A stretch of 64,000 nucleotides of DNA from the human T2T-CHM13v2.0 reference genome, Homo sapiens (GCF_009914755.1 NC_060929.1), one strand, 5' to 3'; counted from the first letter of the stretch, positions 39,801-55,547 are shown. The notes: a model not told the origin generated them from the letters alone. Numbers and translations: made by a program.

Positions 39801-40406
39801 CCTGGTTATGTCTAGTCAGCCATCTTGTCCCCCATCTATATCAACTTTTTAAAGGCACGCTAACATCGTGCAATTTCTTTTTCAATTTTACATCATCTAT
39901 TTTCATATAGTTTTGGCTATATGATCTACACATCAAATTCTTCTCATGGTGAGTGGGTTACTTGTTCCCTGTTCTTGGAAATATGTAGAAATACATTACG
40001 TATTTGATGGAACACCTACAGATGGCATTACCACATCAACCCTTACCTGGGGATTTAGACTCAAAGAATACGTGTGTGCCTTTTGACCCACTTGGCCCTA
40101 TCTTTTTATGTGATTTCATACATTTCTATGACAGAGTTCTCATATATTAATCTAGATTCTGACTACTGACTACAACCTCTGAGATCTCTTTTTTTAATTT
40201 GTGCTTTCTAGGATGATGATTTAGAGCTAATCAAAAATAATTAAAATATGCAAAAAGTAAACCTGGACAAATAATCAAATAAATTCATTGTCCAAAATAT
40301 CCTATTCATTAAGCCTGTCTTAGAAAGTTGCCTCTGGCTCCTAAACATAAATCTGGGACTAATGGGTACTGTTTCCTGGGCAGTCTCATAAGTAACATAG
40401 ATATTG

Positions 40407-40707
40407 GGCCAGGCGCGGTGGCTCACGCCTGTAATCCCAGCACTTTGGGAGGCCAAGGTGGGCAGATCACAAGATCAGGAGATCGAGACCATCCTGGCTA
40501 ACATGGTGAAACCCCGTCTCTACTAAAAATACAAAAAATTAGCCAAGCGTGGTGGTGGGCACCTGTAGCCCCAGCTACTCGGGAGGCTGAGGCAGGAGAA
40601 TGGTGTGAACCCAGGAGGCGGAGCTTTCAGTGAGCCAAGATTGCTCCACAGAACTCCAGCCTGGGCGACAGAGCAAGACTCTGTCAAAAAAAAAAAAAAA
40701 AAAAAAA
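40407..40707 (+). mobile_element. AluY
   Basis: Y diagnostics; TSD aacatagatattg / aacatggatattg. Confidence 0.97.
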
Positions 40708-41129
40708 GGAACATGGATATTGCTACACCAGAAGCACCTCGGTTTGTGGAGATAGTCTATGCCCTATCAATTTCCTAATGCTATTTGTAGACTTATATAA
40801 AGTTGATGTGCCAAGTAGCCTTGAGAACCCAAACTCTATTTTTGTATGTGACTTGAAGTGTAACAATGGCTTTCTATGCGTAATGTTCTATCCCACCCAC
40901 TACACATCTAGTCACTAGATCTTTCCTTCTCCTAATTTTAAAATAAATTCTGGACTTTATTTTCTTTTTTATAAATTTACTTGTATCTAATTTCTATCGC
41001 AATTTCCTTATCTCTAGAAAACTTTACATCTTGACCAATCTATGTGTGCTATTATGGTACAAATTCCTAGAATTGGTGATAGTGGCACAATCTGTCAGTA
41101 TCAGGTCCATGCTTTACAAGACGATGGAT

Positions 41130-41535
41130 GTATACTGAAAATAGCTATGATTTTTTCCTACAGATATTTTTCTGGCCTAAGGAGATCACTTGGTCCAGGT
41201 TCAGGGCAAGTCAGAGTCCTGCAGAGTAAATTCCCCAGAAGTGATCTTCATCCAACTAGGGATTTGGTGGATAAATACCACATACTTCTTCCTCCTCAAC
41301 TGGGATAAATTGAGGTTATATATTATACTGTCACCAGAGTACTCTGGAAAAACTAACCTCCAGGTTCACAAATGATAACTGGTTTACTAATGCACACTTT
41401 ATTGCTTTCTGTTTTTCCCTTACCTTTGCCACTTTTTCATTACCCAGCCTATCATTTATTGCACCAGTTTCAAAGAAACAAATTGCACTTAAATCTTTGT
41501 CTCAGATCTGTTTCTGAGAAAAGCCAAATCCAGAG
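41130..41535 (+). mobile_element. ERVL LTR (LTR16-like)
   Basis: 3' end ttgcacttaaatctttgtctcagatctgtttctgagaaaagccaaatccagaga. Confidence 0.75.
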
Positions 41536-41897
41536 AGTTGGAAACAAAAGATGCGTTAGGAGGTGGACTGTGAGGATTGGATTTGGAGATCAGATCACTT
41601 ACTGGCTAGATGAAAATAAACACTCCATTGCTGGTAGTATGTGGGGTAGTTAAAAGCCTTGGCATGCGGAAATGTTTCACTCCCTGAATCTATAAACCAT
41701 GTGAATCATGACAACATATTATAGAAAAGTATAAACTGGCTTAATAAATATTTTAAGCATTTAAGAAATGGGGCAAATGTTCTGATAAGAGTCAATGAGT
41801 TGTCTTGCTTTTGTTAACTTGCATGGAAACCATTAAGGACAAAAATGACTTTCTGATGCCAGTGAACTGTCCACTCAAGGTTTTATCCCTCACAACA

Positions 41898-42730
41898 TGT
41901 GGGATCTATCACTTGGTGGGTGACAGTCCAATGACCACAACAAAGGAAGATTTAACATGAGAATTTTATTACCTGAAGCAAGTAAGGAGGGCACGAGGAA
42001 TAGTTCCTAAAGCAGTGCCTCCCAGAACAGTGATGAAAACATGGCTTTTACTGGGTTGACTGGCTCGGTCATCCTATGTGGAGGTGGAGCAAAGGCAGTG
42101 CAGGCAGTCGCTGATCATGTGTCCACATATTCACATGTATAGAAAATGATAAATAAGGCAGGGCGTGGTGGCTCATGCCTGTATTTCCAGCACTTTGGGA
42201 GGCCGAGGTGGGCTGATCACAAGGTCAGGAGATCCACACCATCCTAGCTGACATGGTGAAACCTGTCTCTTCTAAAAATACAAAAAATTAGCCAGTCGTG
42301 GTGGTGGGCACCTTGTAGTCCCAGCTACTCAGGAGGCTGAGGCAGGAGAATGGCGTGAACCCAGGAGGCAGAAGTTGCAGTGAGCTGAGATCGCACCACT
42401 GTACTGCAGCCCCCTGGATGACAGAGTGAGACTTCGTCTCAAAAAAAAAAAAAAAAAAAAAAAGGAAAGAAAAGAAAATGATAAATAAGATAAATAAGCT
42501 CCTCCTTGGTCCAGGATTTTAGTGTGATAATGAGAAGAGTTCACCAAAGTTCATGTCCAACACAGGCATCTCTGGATCCAACACTTTTTTTTTTCTTTTG
42601 TTTTTTCTCCAGGGCTGAGCTCTTTCCTGGAAATTTTTGAAATAACAAGAACTCGAGGCACAATAGGTACAAGTAGATACTTTTTCACAGTGCATACTCA
42701 AAAACTTGGGGATCCTGGGTTTCAAAAACA
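41898..42730 (-). mobile_element. Solo LTR of unassigned family nested in the ERVL interior, split by an Alu
   Basis: ttttatt poly-A signal on the reverse strand; gcaagtaaggag...tagttcctaaagcagtgcctccc; interrupts ERV sequence. Confidence 0.6.
42157..42472 (+). mobile_element. Alu (Sc/Y-like)
   Basis: Perfect TSD agaaaatgataaataa at 42141-42156 and 42473-42488. Confidence 0.97.
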
Positions 42731-45563
42731 TGGCCTGAAAGCAAGAAGGTCTCTGTGAATGCATTTGAAGGGAACTGATTTATTGTAGCTGGTAAGAACT
42801 GATTATATTAGTAATCGGGTTACAAAAAAGAGTCTTGTATTTCAGCACTCGAAAATCTCCTGTGATAAAATCAACATGAGAGAGAGTTGGATTACTTAAA
42901 ATCTAGGTTGCAAAATCAGGATGAAAATTTTTGAGAAGCTTGAACTCCAAGATTGCACTAAACTCTGGTCAGGAAGCATTTCTCTCCTACTCTTTATTAG
43001 AAGATAGAAGCCTCTCATTGCCAAGAGGTCATGGAATGACCTCAGCTTAAGCAGGTGCCCTGCAAAATGCTAATAATTCTTCTGCAAATCTGCTCATATA
43101 TTTACATATTACTATTATGCTAATAACTAGAGTTAAACACTTATGGTCAAGGGCCCACTGAGGTTCAATTTGCTCTGCTATTGAAAGAAAGAGGTTATTT
43201 CCAGAAAGATCTATGAGACTTAGCCGGTAAGCACCGGCTACAACCTAGAGAAAACAGTTAGGTGGATCTTGAGGGTGCTGGACACAGTGGGCAGAATACA
43301 AGGCTGAGTAAGTTTGTTGATAATAAACTTAAAATATAATTTATTGATATAAACACCTGGATCCAGTCTTAATTTGCTGCTGGGATGCCTCTTTGAAGCT
43401 TGCCAAATACAGACTATAAAAATTGATGAATTGTTAGAATTATCTTATTTGAGTTTATTTCAAATAAATTTTAAATTTATTTAAATTAATATTAGAATGG
43501 ATTTACTATTAGAACCAGAAAAATCTATAAGGACATTAAGTTCCTCAGGAGGGCACATAAAACTTTCATTTCATTAAGATGATATAGACTATCTCAGTCA
43601 ATTGTCATTGTTAATGTAATGTCCAATGGCGACTGTCCTGTGTGTGCTGAAGTTAATGTTTGTTGGAATGTTGATATGAAACTAAGCTTCCCAGTATCAG
43701 TGAGAAACAGCAGAGACTAGGTAGCAGTTAGTAAAGTTTATAGGGAAGACGGACATACTTAACATAAGAATGATAACCAGATTGCCTTGACCTTGGTGAA
43801 TAAACAATATTCCTAGTGGCTAGATAAATGAAGGTATTGCTAGGCCTATGAAACAACAACTAAAATATCTAGAGTATATAAAGCACTATCCCAATTTCCA
43901 GATACAAAACAGTTCTCAGATTCAGAACACATACATGGAAAGGAAGTATATATTCTCTTGAGGAAAAACCTCCTGCGAGCATTGCTGCAAGGATATTAAG
44001 CATCAGTTTTCCTAATCCTGCCACAAAGGGACATAAAACTATTCCAGAGGAATTGTATGCTGTCACACAAAAAACTACTCCAATTTTTCACACTCTGTTA
44101 AAGGATCTGCACTGACACTAATACAAGAGCACCCAAACACAGTAAAAGAGTAAAAAAAAATTCCCCTCACAGTAAAAGAGGGGAATTTCTCAGGCCAGGG
44201 GAAGGTGGAGTCCTGTACTGACTCTGTCTCACAGTAGAACGGTCATTCCTCAGTCGTTGAGTCCATAATCAAGAAGGATATACTTAGCAGCTTGAAGAAC
44301 TCTTATATTGATTTCCTACTCACAAGAGTTAGCCACATTAGTTTAGGAGAGACAAAATGGAAGCCCCTGAAACTGTCTCCCAGTCCTTTCACCACAGCTA
44401 ATAACAAGTTAGAAGCAATACTCCATTCTGAATAGAATGGCAGGGATTAGTGCCACTTTCAAAGACTTAATGAATGCAGAAGTGTTGGTCCTGATCACAT
44501 CTCAGTTTAATTTATTAGTTACACTCCAAAAAAAAATTAAGATGAATTTTGACACATAAGAGTTGAGTACCATAATATAATCAAACCATAGCCTCAGACC
44601 AGCTGTTTTGCTGCATGTAGTATGATTAAGTAGAAAAGTTCAGTGCACCTGTAGCATAGAGTATACCACTATTGATTTGCAAATAAATCCCTTTCAATTC
44701 CTATTAAGCAGCAGCAGAAACAGTTCACATTCCCTTGCCATGAAAAGCAGCTCATATTTATGACTGTGCACCAAGAACATACTCACTCTCTGTGGTACAA
44801 AGGACATTTATCATGTAGACATTCCACAGAGGATAACACTGGTTCACCCTATTGATGATATGTATATTAAACTTGGTAAGTAAGAAGTGGAAAATAGTCT
44901 AGGTACCCTCAGAAGATACATGAACATGAGAAGATGGGGAGATAACCTTACAGAAATTCAGAGGGATATCACTTTGGGTTAATTTTTGAGGGGTGGGAGT
45001 GGTTCTAGTTGTCTGGGGCATGCTGGAATGCCAAAGTTAAGTCATTGTATCTTGAAACTTCTATTATAAAAATGAGGAACATTTAGTAGGTCTCTTTAAG
45101 TTTTAGAAAGAGCCCATTGAACATTCTGGAATACAGATTGGACTCATTTAGAAAGTAACTTGATAATCTCTCGTTGTTAAATAGGGGCCAGAACAAAACA
45201 GAAATATGCAGCATGTTCAGGCTGCAGTAAACCTGGTACTGCCTGTTGGCTCACTGGAGTCATCAGATCCCATGGCGCCAGACATACTGGTGGTACATAG
45301 GATGCAGTGCAGGAGTTCCTCACAAGTCTTAATAGGAGAGTTCCAGCAGCAACTTTAGTCACCTAGGGTTTCTGGAGCAACATCTAATTCTGGATTGCAA
45401 ATAATGCTGTCTGCAATAGAGAATTACACACTATTTAAACTGCAGCTTGAGTCCTGCTTAACACTTGATAATAGAACTGCAAATGATTATGTGAAAAGAG
45501 TTGCCCATGATGAGCTGCAGAGTCAGGCCCAACAAGTCATTCGATTGATTGCAAATTATACCA

Positions 45564-45880
<317 letters not shown>

Positions 45881-45897
45881 AAATTATATCAATATCC

Positions 45898-46363
45898 TGG
45901 TCTTACTGCATTGTGTTGCCATAACAAAATACCTGAAGCTAAATAATTTACCAAAAAAAAAGTTTTGTTCAGCTTATAATTTTGCTGGTTAGGAAGCATG
46001 AGAAACATGATACTGGCATCCATCTGGCTCCTGGTGAGGGCCATATGCTAGGTCATAACATGGTGGAGAAAGCCAAAGGGGAAGTGGACACATGTGAAGA
46101 TGAAGGCAAACCTGAGGGGCATCCAAGCTTCATCATAACCCCCTGTAGTGGAAACTAATCTATCCCCACAAAAACTAATCCAGTCTTACCAGAATGAGAA
46201 CTCACTTACTACCTGTAGAATGGCACCAAGTCACTGATGAGGGATCCACCCCCAAAACCCAGAGACCTCTCACTAGGCCCGACCTCCCAATACCGTCAGA
46301 TTAGGGATCGAATTTTAACATGGCTTTTTGTGGGGACAAACAAACCATATCTAAACCATAGCA
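45898..46363 (-). mobile_element. MaLR LTR (MST-like)
   Basis: gttgccataacaaaatacctga...ggggacaaacaaaccatatctaaaccatagca. Confidence 0.85.
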
Positions 46364-47869
46364 CCATTGTAAAATAGAAATAGTACATTTGTGATGAGCA
46401 TGGAAAATGTATATAGGATATTAGTAAATTATATGAATAGTTTAGAGCCCCTTTCCTGCACTGATGTCTCTCCCTCAGCTTCTTTCTATGACCTCATGGA
46501 GTTTCCCTCTGACCAGCTGGCAGTGGAGGAAAAAATCATTGATGTAATATATGGACGGTGGGCTTGATATGTTGATACAAGACAGACAGTGGACTCCTAC
46601 TCCATTGCCTGCCTCAGATCTAGACGTGAAAAGCAGTGTTTAAAAGAAATTCCTCCAGAGAACAAAGTTTAGCATAGTATGCTTGACCATCTACTGTGGG
46701 CAGAGTGAGAATTCTGCTGAAATAAGTTCATATGGATTCCTGAGCAGTAGTTAACATCTAGGCTGGGTAGGCAAGGACCTGGAGAAAGCAAGACTTAAAG
46801 AATGAAAAAATGGGAGACGGCATATTTTGAATATTTGAATTTTGCATTGATGTTCTCCAAAAAATGATAACCACAGTCATATAGGCTCCTGAAAACAAAC
46901 AAGCATGCATATTGACTGTCCAGTATAGTAAAGGTCAGCCATTTCCTGTCCTAAACGACCCAAATGGATGCAGAGTAGAAGCTTGAAATGGATGAGCTAC
47001 GGTGACAGAGATGGGACCAGGGACACCTCCACTCTGCTGCAGTATGTTGTACCTGCCAGCATCCAAGATTAATACAGTTTCTTAGGCAATACTGCTAACT
47101 CAGGACTCAGAAATTGCCTACTATCATAGGATCCTACATAACATTACTTCAGACTAAAGGTGAATGAGACATGACAATGGAATATGCCTATGGAATGCTA
47201 CAGTTCTATTATAAATGGTATTACCTAGAGGCTGATAGCCTAAGAACATTGGAATAAGCTTAAAACACATCCAAGTTGCTGTGAAGACATCCTGAAAGGT
47301 TTGAATGCGATCCTCAGGATGAGGCATAAACTTTAAACTGATGGGCATCATGTGGTTCTGAGACCACAATAGTTAGAATACTTGAGTTTGGGAACTGAAA
47401 CTAAAATAGGTGTAACTGCTTCCATCATCATCTCCAATGAAACATGTGGACGATTTGTATATGTCCCATGCTTGTAACTGTGGGCTGTATTGGACTGGAG
47501 ATTCTGGTTCCCAGGAGTAGATACTTCTACTAGGAGACAGATAAAGTTTCTCCTAACCTATAGTTATTTCCTATAACATTTGAATACTCATACCAATATA
47601 AGAGCAATGTTTATTCACTCTTGTTATTATGAGAAAGTACATTTGCTTTTAATATGTGTGCTAGGGAGGAAAAATTTTATCAGAATTCAGAGATATTATT
47701 GGGATGCTTCAGGATGCTTCCAAGCACAGTGAACATAAAAGGACAGTTGAACCAACCATGTTCTAACAAGAACATGATAATTCTAGCTTACCACAGCGGG
47801 AATTGTTATATTGTTAATCATAGCATAACAAAATAATAAAATATTCTTTCAAATAAATTTTAGGGCAAC

Positions 47870-48226
47870 TGATATGGTTTGGTTTTGTGTCCACACCCAA
47901 ACCTAACCTTAAATTGTAGTAATCCCCACTTATCAAGGGTGGGGCCAGGTGAAGATAATTCAATCATGGGGGACATTTCCCCCATACTGTTCTTGTAATA
48001 GTGAATAAGTCTCATGAATCTGATGTTTTTATACATGGGAGTTCCCCTGCACAAGCTCTTTTGCCTGCCACAGTGTAAGACATGACTTTGCTTCTCATTC
48101 TCCTTCAGCCATGATTGTGAGGCCTCTCCAGCCATGTGGAACTGTGAGGCAATTAAACCTCTTTCCTTTATAAATTACCCAGTCTCGGCTATGTCTTTAT
48201 TAGTGACATGAGAGTAGACTAATACC
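47870..48226 (+). mobile_element. THE1 solo LTR
   Basis: tgatatggtttgg...gactaatac; perfect 5-bp TSD GCAAC at 47865-47869 and 48227-48231. Confidence 0.94.
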
Positions 48227-49689
48227 GCAACTAAATGGAATTCATGTGATTTAATGCTTTCTCCCAAACTTTATTCTTTTTGTATTATTGTCCCATTAAT
48301 TTAATTAATGCATGTATATATTCTCATAAAATAGCAGAGTAACATAGAATGCAATATGAAAGCTAAAATTTTTTGTTTCCTTTTTTACTTTACTATTTGT
48401 GAAATTAGTTGGGGGACAGTCACATGCTACAACTCTATTTCTAGTGCTTCCAACAATTACTATTTTAATGTTACGCAATCTATTTCACAACAAATTGTTG
48501 AACTAAATATCTTACGTAAACTCTATCCATTGTATACTGTTTATTAATTATGAAGAATTTAGCTCATAACTGTTTTCATAATTCACTTCATCTACATATT
48601 TTTTGATAATTTCCCTTAAGTCTTTAAATATTTTCCATTATCATCTGTTTAATAACCAACCAAACAGATCATACATTTTTTTCTTTTAGGCCTATTAAAA
48701 ATGCCCCTGTCAGAATTTAAACAAGGTACATGAAGCTATGTTTGAAATAATTGATTATTATTGATTTTATATTTTACTTATAAAAAGGAAAACTTTCATG
48801 TGGTCTCTTAAAACAAGTTGTATTTTTTATAACTGCTCTCATTTTTTAATGTTTCATTTCTTCTAAAAATGTATTATCCTTGAGTTTGGATATTAAGTGC
48901 TCCAGAAATTTCTCTTTTTCTATGGTGTTGAAAAGTACAATTTCTTCTTTTCCCATATATTTAGTTCTATTCACTATTTTGTTTTCATTTATTTCCAAAT
49001 ATTGAATGCACTCAGTGGGCCTGTTTCTATTTTCTAGTGCTTGATAGACGGATAGATATTTAGAAAGATAGGTGGATGGATAAATAGATATATAGATAGA
49101 TAGATAGCTATAGAAAGATTCTTAGACTTGTTAAAGAAACATTTCAAAAGGGAGAGATGCATAGACATTAAATCTGGCTCTCATTTGAAAATTAGTATCA
49201 GTATTGGTCTTGAACCTCTTCCCACTTATTTATTCGAAGAAATTTTTCTGTCAATAACTTCTTTTCTTTTCAATATTATGCATGCATTTTTCCTAAGATA
49301 ATTAATAATAATTAATGGCCAAATCCACCATTTGCTCATTCAGCATTTGACACAGAAAATCTCTTTGACCTTTATGCTGCCCACTTTGGCTTCCAGTGAG
49401 AAGATAAACATTCCCTGTTTGATCACCTGCTTTTATTTGGATTCTGTTTTTTTTTCTTTCCTAATCCTATTCTCCATACCTGCACTTAGTGTTCCCGGAG
49501 TTGGCACATGCCTCTCTCTCTTGTGGATCTGGAGAGGCATCATTTACAAATTATTTATGCCAATAGTTTATACCACTGGCCAAACACTGATGAATTCTAA
49601 CTCTGTTGAGGGATATATGTGAAGGTCTGTGAGTACGTGTATGTATGTGTGTTTGCATGTGTGTGCATAATTTTGTTTTCCTCTAGTAG

Positions 49690-50768
49690 ACACCATTCTA
49701 AAAACATTCCCCACCCTCCAATATTCCCATCTTCTGGCTTGATATAGTTTGAATATTTGTTCCTGTCCAAATCTCATGTTGAATTGTAATCTCCAATGTT
49801 GGAAGTGGGCCCTGGGGGGAGGTATTTGGAACATGGGAGCAGATCCCTCATCAATGGATTGGGCCATCTCCATGGTGATAAGTGAGCTCTCCTTCTGAGT
49901 TCACATGAGATCTGTCATTTACAAGTGTGTGGTAACTCTACCGGGTACTCTTTCTCTCTTGCTCTGTTCTCGCCATGTAATATGCTCGCTCTTCCTTTGT
50001 CTTCTGCCATGATTGGAAGCTTCCTGAGGTCTCCTCAGAAGCAGATGGCCCTATGCTTCTGTACTGTCTGCAGAATCATGAGCCAATTAAATCTATCTTC
50101 TTATCTATTACCCAGTCTTGAGTATTTCTTTAAAGCAGAACAAGAACAGCCTAATACATGATGATTCAATTATACACCAACCTTGGTACTGCTGTGAAGG
50201 GATTTTGCAGATATAATTAATGTCGAATCTCAATTGATCTTGGCATATACATTATCTGGTTTGGCGCTTTCTAGTAAAATGAGCCCATAGAGCAGACACA
50301 TTTCTCTGGGTGGTGGCTGAAGAAGAAATGCAGAAAAGGCAGTCAGAAAGATGCAGCCGCAGCAGAAGTCAAAGAGATCTAAATGATGAGAAGGTCACAA
50401 CGTATATTTCTGGCTTTCAATGCTGAAAGACAATGTGAAAAGGAGTGCATAAGCCTCTAGGAGCAGAGAGGGTCACCCAGCTGACAGCCAGCATTGAAGC
50501 AGAGACCTAGGACCTGCAGCCACATGGAACTGAATTACGACAATAGGCAGAATGAGATTGGAGTCTGGGTCTTCCTCAGATCCTTCAGAGAAGAGCTCAG
50601 CTGGGGACATTTTTTGTGGCCACATCAGATCCAATCCAGCTACTTGGTTTCTAGATTTCTGAGCCATATAAACTGAGAGGTGATACTCTCACAAACAATA
50701 CATTTGTGTTGTTTTAAGCCATTAAGTTTGTATCAATTCGCTGTCTAACACTAGAAAATGAATAAACC
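49690..50768 (+). mobile_element. MLT1E-like LTR split by an MST LTR
   Basis: ggtactgctgtgaagggattttgcagat...gctgacagccagc...tgttgttttaagccattaagtttg. Confidence 0.82.
49740..50158 (+). mobile_element. MSTA/B-like solo LTR
   Basis: tgatatagtttgaatatttg...aaatctcatgttgaattgtaat...cctaataca. Confidence 0.9.
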
Positions 50769-50844
50769 TGCCATAACCCCTTACTTCCGTATTTCACTCT
50801 TCCTACATTTTCTAACTAGAAGAGAGAATTTTTTAAATAAATAA

Positions 50845-51080
50845 GATCGTGGTTAACAGCCTGCACTTTTTATTAACAGAGACTGGGGCTTGATGATTTA
50901 TTACCTCTGAGACTTGGCAAAAATTTCTTCATTTTTTTTATTACAAACTTCACGTATTTTAAATGGACATAATAACATGCTATGTTCAACAGCTCTAACA
51001 AGAAAACAATAATCCATGTGCATTAAGAGTTTTTCACAGTACCTGGTGCAAAGTAACTACTCAATAAGTATAAGATATTA
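50845..51080 (+). mobile_element. MIR remnant
   Basis: gtggttaacagc...aaatggacataataac...cagtacctggtgcaaagtaactactcaataa. Confidence 0.65.
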
Positions 51081-51789
51081 CAATTTTACCACTGAAATCT
51101 GCCTTCCACGATTTGGCGAATAAATAAATGCAGTTGAAATTTTAAAACATGCATCACAGTGCTTGATCAATACAAAGCATTAGTACATTGTGATTAGTGT
51201 TAACACTAGTATGAATATCATCAGTTAATCATACTCTTACATGTTCTCATATCTGATTCATTCACATCAGATACCAACCTAGTCATGTAAATAAATCTAA
51301 ATCACCAATTTAAATTAATAGAAACATACCTTCATATCAATATATTTTTATCTTTTTCTTACCATCTTTATTCTTATTCTTAATTCAGGTCATCATTGTC
51401 TCCTATTTATAATGGAGTGAGAATCCTAAATGAGGTATTTATTTAATGTAACTCCTCAGATACAACCACAACATCTCCATGAGAAAGTTCAACCTAATAA
51501 CCAAAACTGAGTCTGCTATTTTTTTCTGCTGAAATCCTTAACATGTCTTGCCGTTGTCTGTAGTAAAATCCTAGTCTCTAAATGTTTGACATGCATTTCT
51601 CCATGCTCTTCTTTCTCAACTTCATCTCTGCATACTCTCCACTCCCCCTACTACCATGATCTTCCAATACTTAGGTTATAATGGTTTATTATGTTGCATT
51701 TTGTTTCTACTATTCCCTCTATCTAGATAGAAATTATCTTTTTCTTTGTCTGGCTGAATTGTATTTATTACTGTAGCTACTTTTGCAAA

Positions 51790-51930
51790 TCATCTGAGGT
51801 GTTTTGACAAATTCTCACAGCTGGGACACACCCCAAAATAAGTAACTAAGATGTCCAGGGGTAGAGCAGGGGCATTGTTTGTATTGCTTCTCAGGTACCC
51901 TCATATGCACAGGGTCAAGAAATATTAGTA
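51790..51930. mobile_element. MER5-like hAT fragment
   Basis: ctgggacacacccca...ctcaggtaccctcatatgcac. Confidence 0.5.
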
Positions 51931-53264
51931 TAACTAAACTGAACTATATCTCAGCATTACTCAGCTCAGTAAGGGCCATCCACTGCCTTTAGTGTCTCCA
52001 TGGGATCCACTGGATCTGCTTTTTTCAAACAAATTACAAAACCTAATAGCAGGAATTTAAAAATCACCTGTTTATTTCACAATATGAATCATTTTATCAT
52101 CAGTATATTCTGTAATTTCTCATGTGTTTCTGCTCACTGATCCTCTGACTTCCCTGTTTTTTGGGCAAATGAGGACTACTACTACTTTCGGTTATTAATT
52201 TATAAACTAGTTCAAAAATGCTACATGCCTTGACGGCAGGGGGAGGTGTACAGGTGGGGGGCAGGGGGGTGCTCCAGGCATTGGCCCTGGAAGTGGGAAT
52301 ACATTGTTGGGAAAAAAGTAATGTGTATCTAATTGTGCTTTAGTGAACTATAATGAGTATATTTGATCCTTTTTTATGTGCAATTAACCCCAATAATTCT
52401 AAATGGTTTTGACATCTTAATATAACTCATTATTATGTAATTAACTTAGCCCCGGTAAATAATACTGTGCATAATTTTGATATTTAGGATTATTTAAATT
52501 GAAGCATTCCAATGAGGGACACAGGTGGTATTTTTCATTGTTATAACTCAGTCAACCATATTTTTCCCAGAATAATTTTTCAATAATCTTACAATGACAT
52601 GGAGAAAATATTTATGGTCTATACTGACAAAGAGCATATTTTCCTTGCTATTGTCATCCTACCTGCACAAAGAAGCTTGAATTCAGTCTACATAAATCTT
52701 CTCAGAGAGTGAAGATTTTAAAATTCAATCTTCTTGAAGTTCTTTACATGATTTCAGTATAGAATTTGTTTAAATAGAAAAAATAAGAAAACATTGGATT
52801 TCTTAAAGTTCGATTCAGCTGTCTTTGGAGTTTTGCTATTTTTTTAAATCTCTTCAGAAGTCAACTTTTTTCTAGTTTACTTTTTTATTTTTTATTTTTT
52901 TAAATTTGGTATTAGCATAATCATAAGAATTGGCAGAGAAAGAAATGGTTCTCAAAAGGCTTTAAGATAACTAATTTCATTATATCTGGGAATAAAGACT
53001 TGAAAGTAATAGAAATAATCCTCTCAAAAATTCAGTTAAGCCTATAGTTTCATTTATTTTCTATTGCTCACAAAGATGAGATTTTCCCCAAAGTACAAGT
53101 AGTACTATATTTTTTGTGGACATTTGAATTTAAATAGGTCACTACAACTGATGAATAATGTTTATCCTATAAATAAATAAAACAATTGGATTTTCCCCGT
53201 GTGTTTATTAGCTAAGAAACCAAGGTATTGAGAAAAGAAAGTGTGTGAACTAACAACATACTAA

Positions 53265-53576
<312 letters not shown>

Positions 53577-54056
53577 TAATACATTCTTTATTTGTCCCTA
53601 TTTATCTATCTGGCTTGAGTATAATTCATAAAATACTAATAATTACATTTACAAAGCTAATGATGAACTTTATTAGGTAACACTTGGCATCTTAATAAGT
53701 AGCTGTCGTTTAAAAAATATATTTACATTCATGAACTCACTAAATTCTCTCAACAAGCCAAGTACATAGATCAGAAATCTAAGGTACAAATAAATAAGGT
53801 CAAGGTCATGCACATAGAAAGTGACAGAGTTGGAATTGATTGTTCCCAGCGAGTTACTTCCCAAGGCACATTTATTTCTACTAATTTTAAGCAACCATAA
53901 AGGCTAGAATATTTTTGATGTATTTTAAAGAACATATTTTGCAACCATCAGGACAATCTTATTAATTAAGCAATAACGCATCACTGAATATGAAAATGTT
54001 TTTAATATAAGACTTTCAAAATACATAAAGCCTCTAGTTTTTTATCAAGCATTACA

Positions 54057-54417
54057 TGCTAAATTAAATTAAATCTAGCCTAAAGCTGCCTCCCTATGTG
54101 GTGAACTGCAACCTAATTTAAGATGCAAGCAAATTCCAACCTAAATAAGAGTATATTCTTGTAACACATAGCTGTTTTAGCCAGTGACAGGCTGCTAACT
54201 AATCAGACAATAGCTATAAAATGCAAATGTTGAGCTGTAGCAAGTCAAGCTGTTTCTACATGGTATTGCCTTTTACTGTCTATAAATGGTGCCTGTCCAC
54301 CTTGTTGGGTATAGCTCTCTAAAACTCTCCTGGTTCTTAGTGCTGCCTATTCATCAGTTGTTCTTTACTCAAATAAATTCTGCTAAATGTAATTTATCTA
54401 AAGTTTTTCTTGTTGCA
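54057..54417 (+). mobile_element. ERV1 solo LTR (MER57-like)
   Basis: tgctaaattaaattaaatctagcctaaagctgcctcc...gaactgcaacctaa...aaataaattctgctaaatgtaatttatctaaag. Confidence 0.8.
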
Positions 54418-55139
54418 CACGTCTTACCTGGGTCAAATAGGCTCAACGAATCTGGGAAATGTTTTTAATTATAGAGAACATCTTATGAGTAATGTGTGCA
54501 TAATCTTTTCCACCTATTTTTAACACGATCATAAATATTTATGCACTTAATGAGTGCTTCAAAATTTCTGAAAACAAAATAGTAAAACAAAAAATGGTTA
54601 AACATTTTTAAAGCATTTCTTTCAGTAATTGATAAAACTGATGATTGATGAATATCAGAGAAAATATAAAACATGTGAGAACTACCAATAAAACTGGAAA
54701 AGTTGACATTTAGAGAACACTACAAATAACAGTTACAGAATACACATTTTTTTTTTCTAATACAAATTGCCATTCACCAAGATAGACCAGTTTCTGGGCC
54801 AAGTAATAGAACTTATTAAACTTAAAACAGTCTGTCCTCTGATCACAGATTTAGTTAGTTAAGATGCATACTAACAACTATATTTAGTAAATCACCAAAT
54901 ATTTGGAATTAAACAACATATCTGTATAAACAGTGAATCAAAAATAAAACATTTTCAGAAAAATGTTTAGAGAAATTAGAAAACATTTCAAGTTTAATAG
55001 TAAAAATATAGCCTATCTGAATTTGTGTGATAGGGCTACAGCATTACTTAAAAGGAATTCTTATTATGAAAGTTCTATATTGGAAAGCAAAAATGTTTCA
55101 AAGCAATGATATATGTTTTTACGTTAAAAAAAATTTTTA

Positions 55140-55547
<408 letters not shown>

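Noticed and set aside
38400-39833. GC-richer block with many overlapping ORFs
   Set aside because: 5'UTR of the minus-strand L1; CpG-depleted, so not a CpG island
43455-43492. AT-only palindrome aaataaattt-t-aaatttattt
   Set aside because: Low complexity and could arise by chance
49045-49115. GATA-rich run
   Set aside because: Degenerate simple repeat
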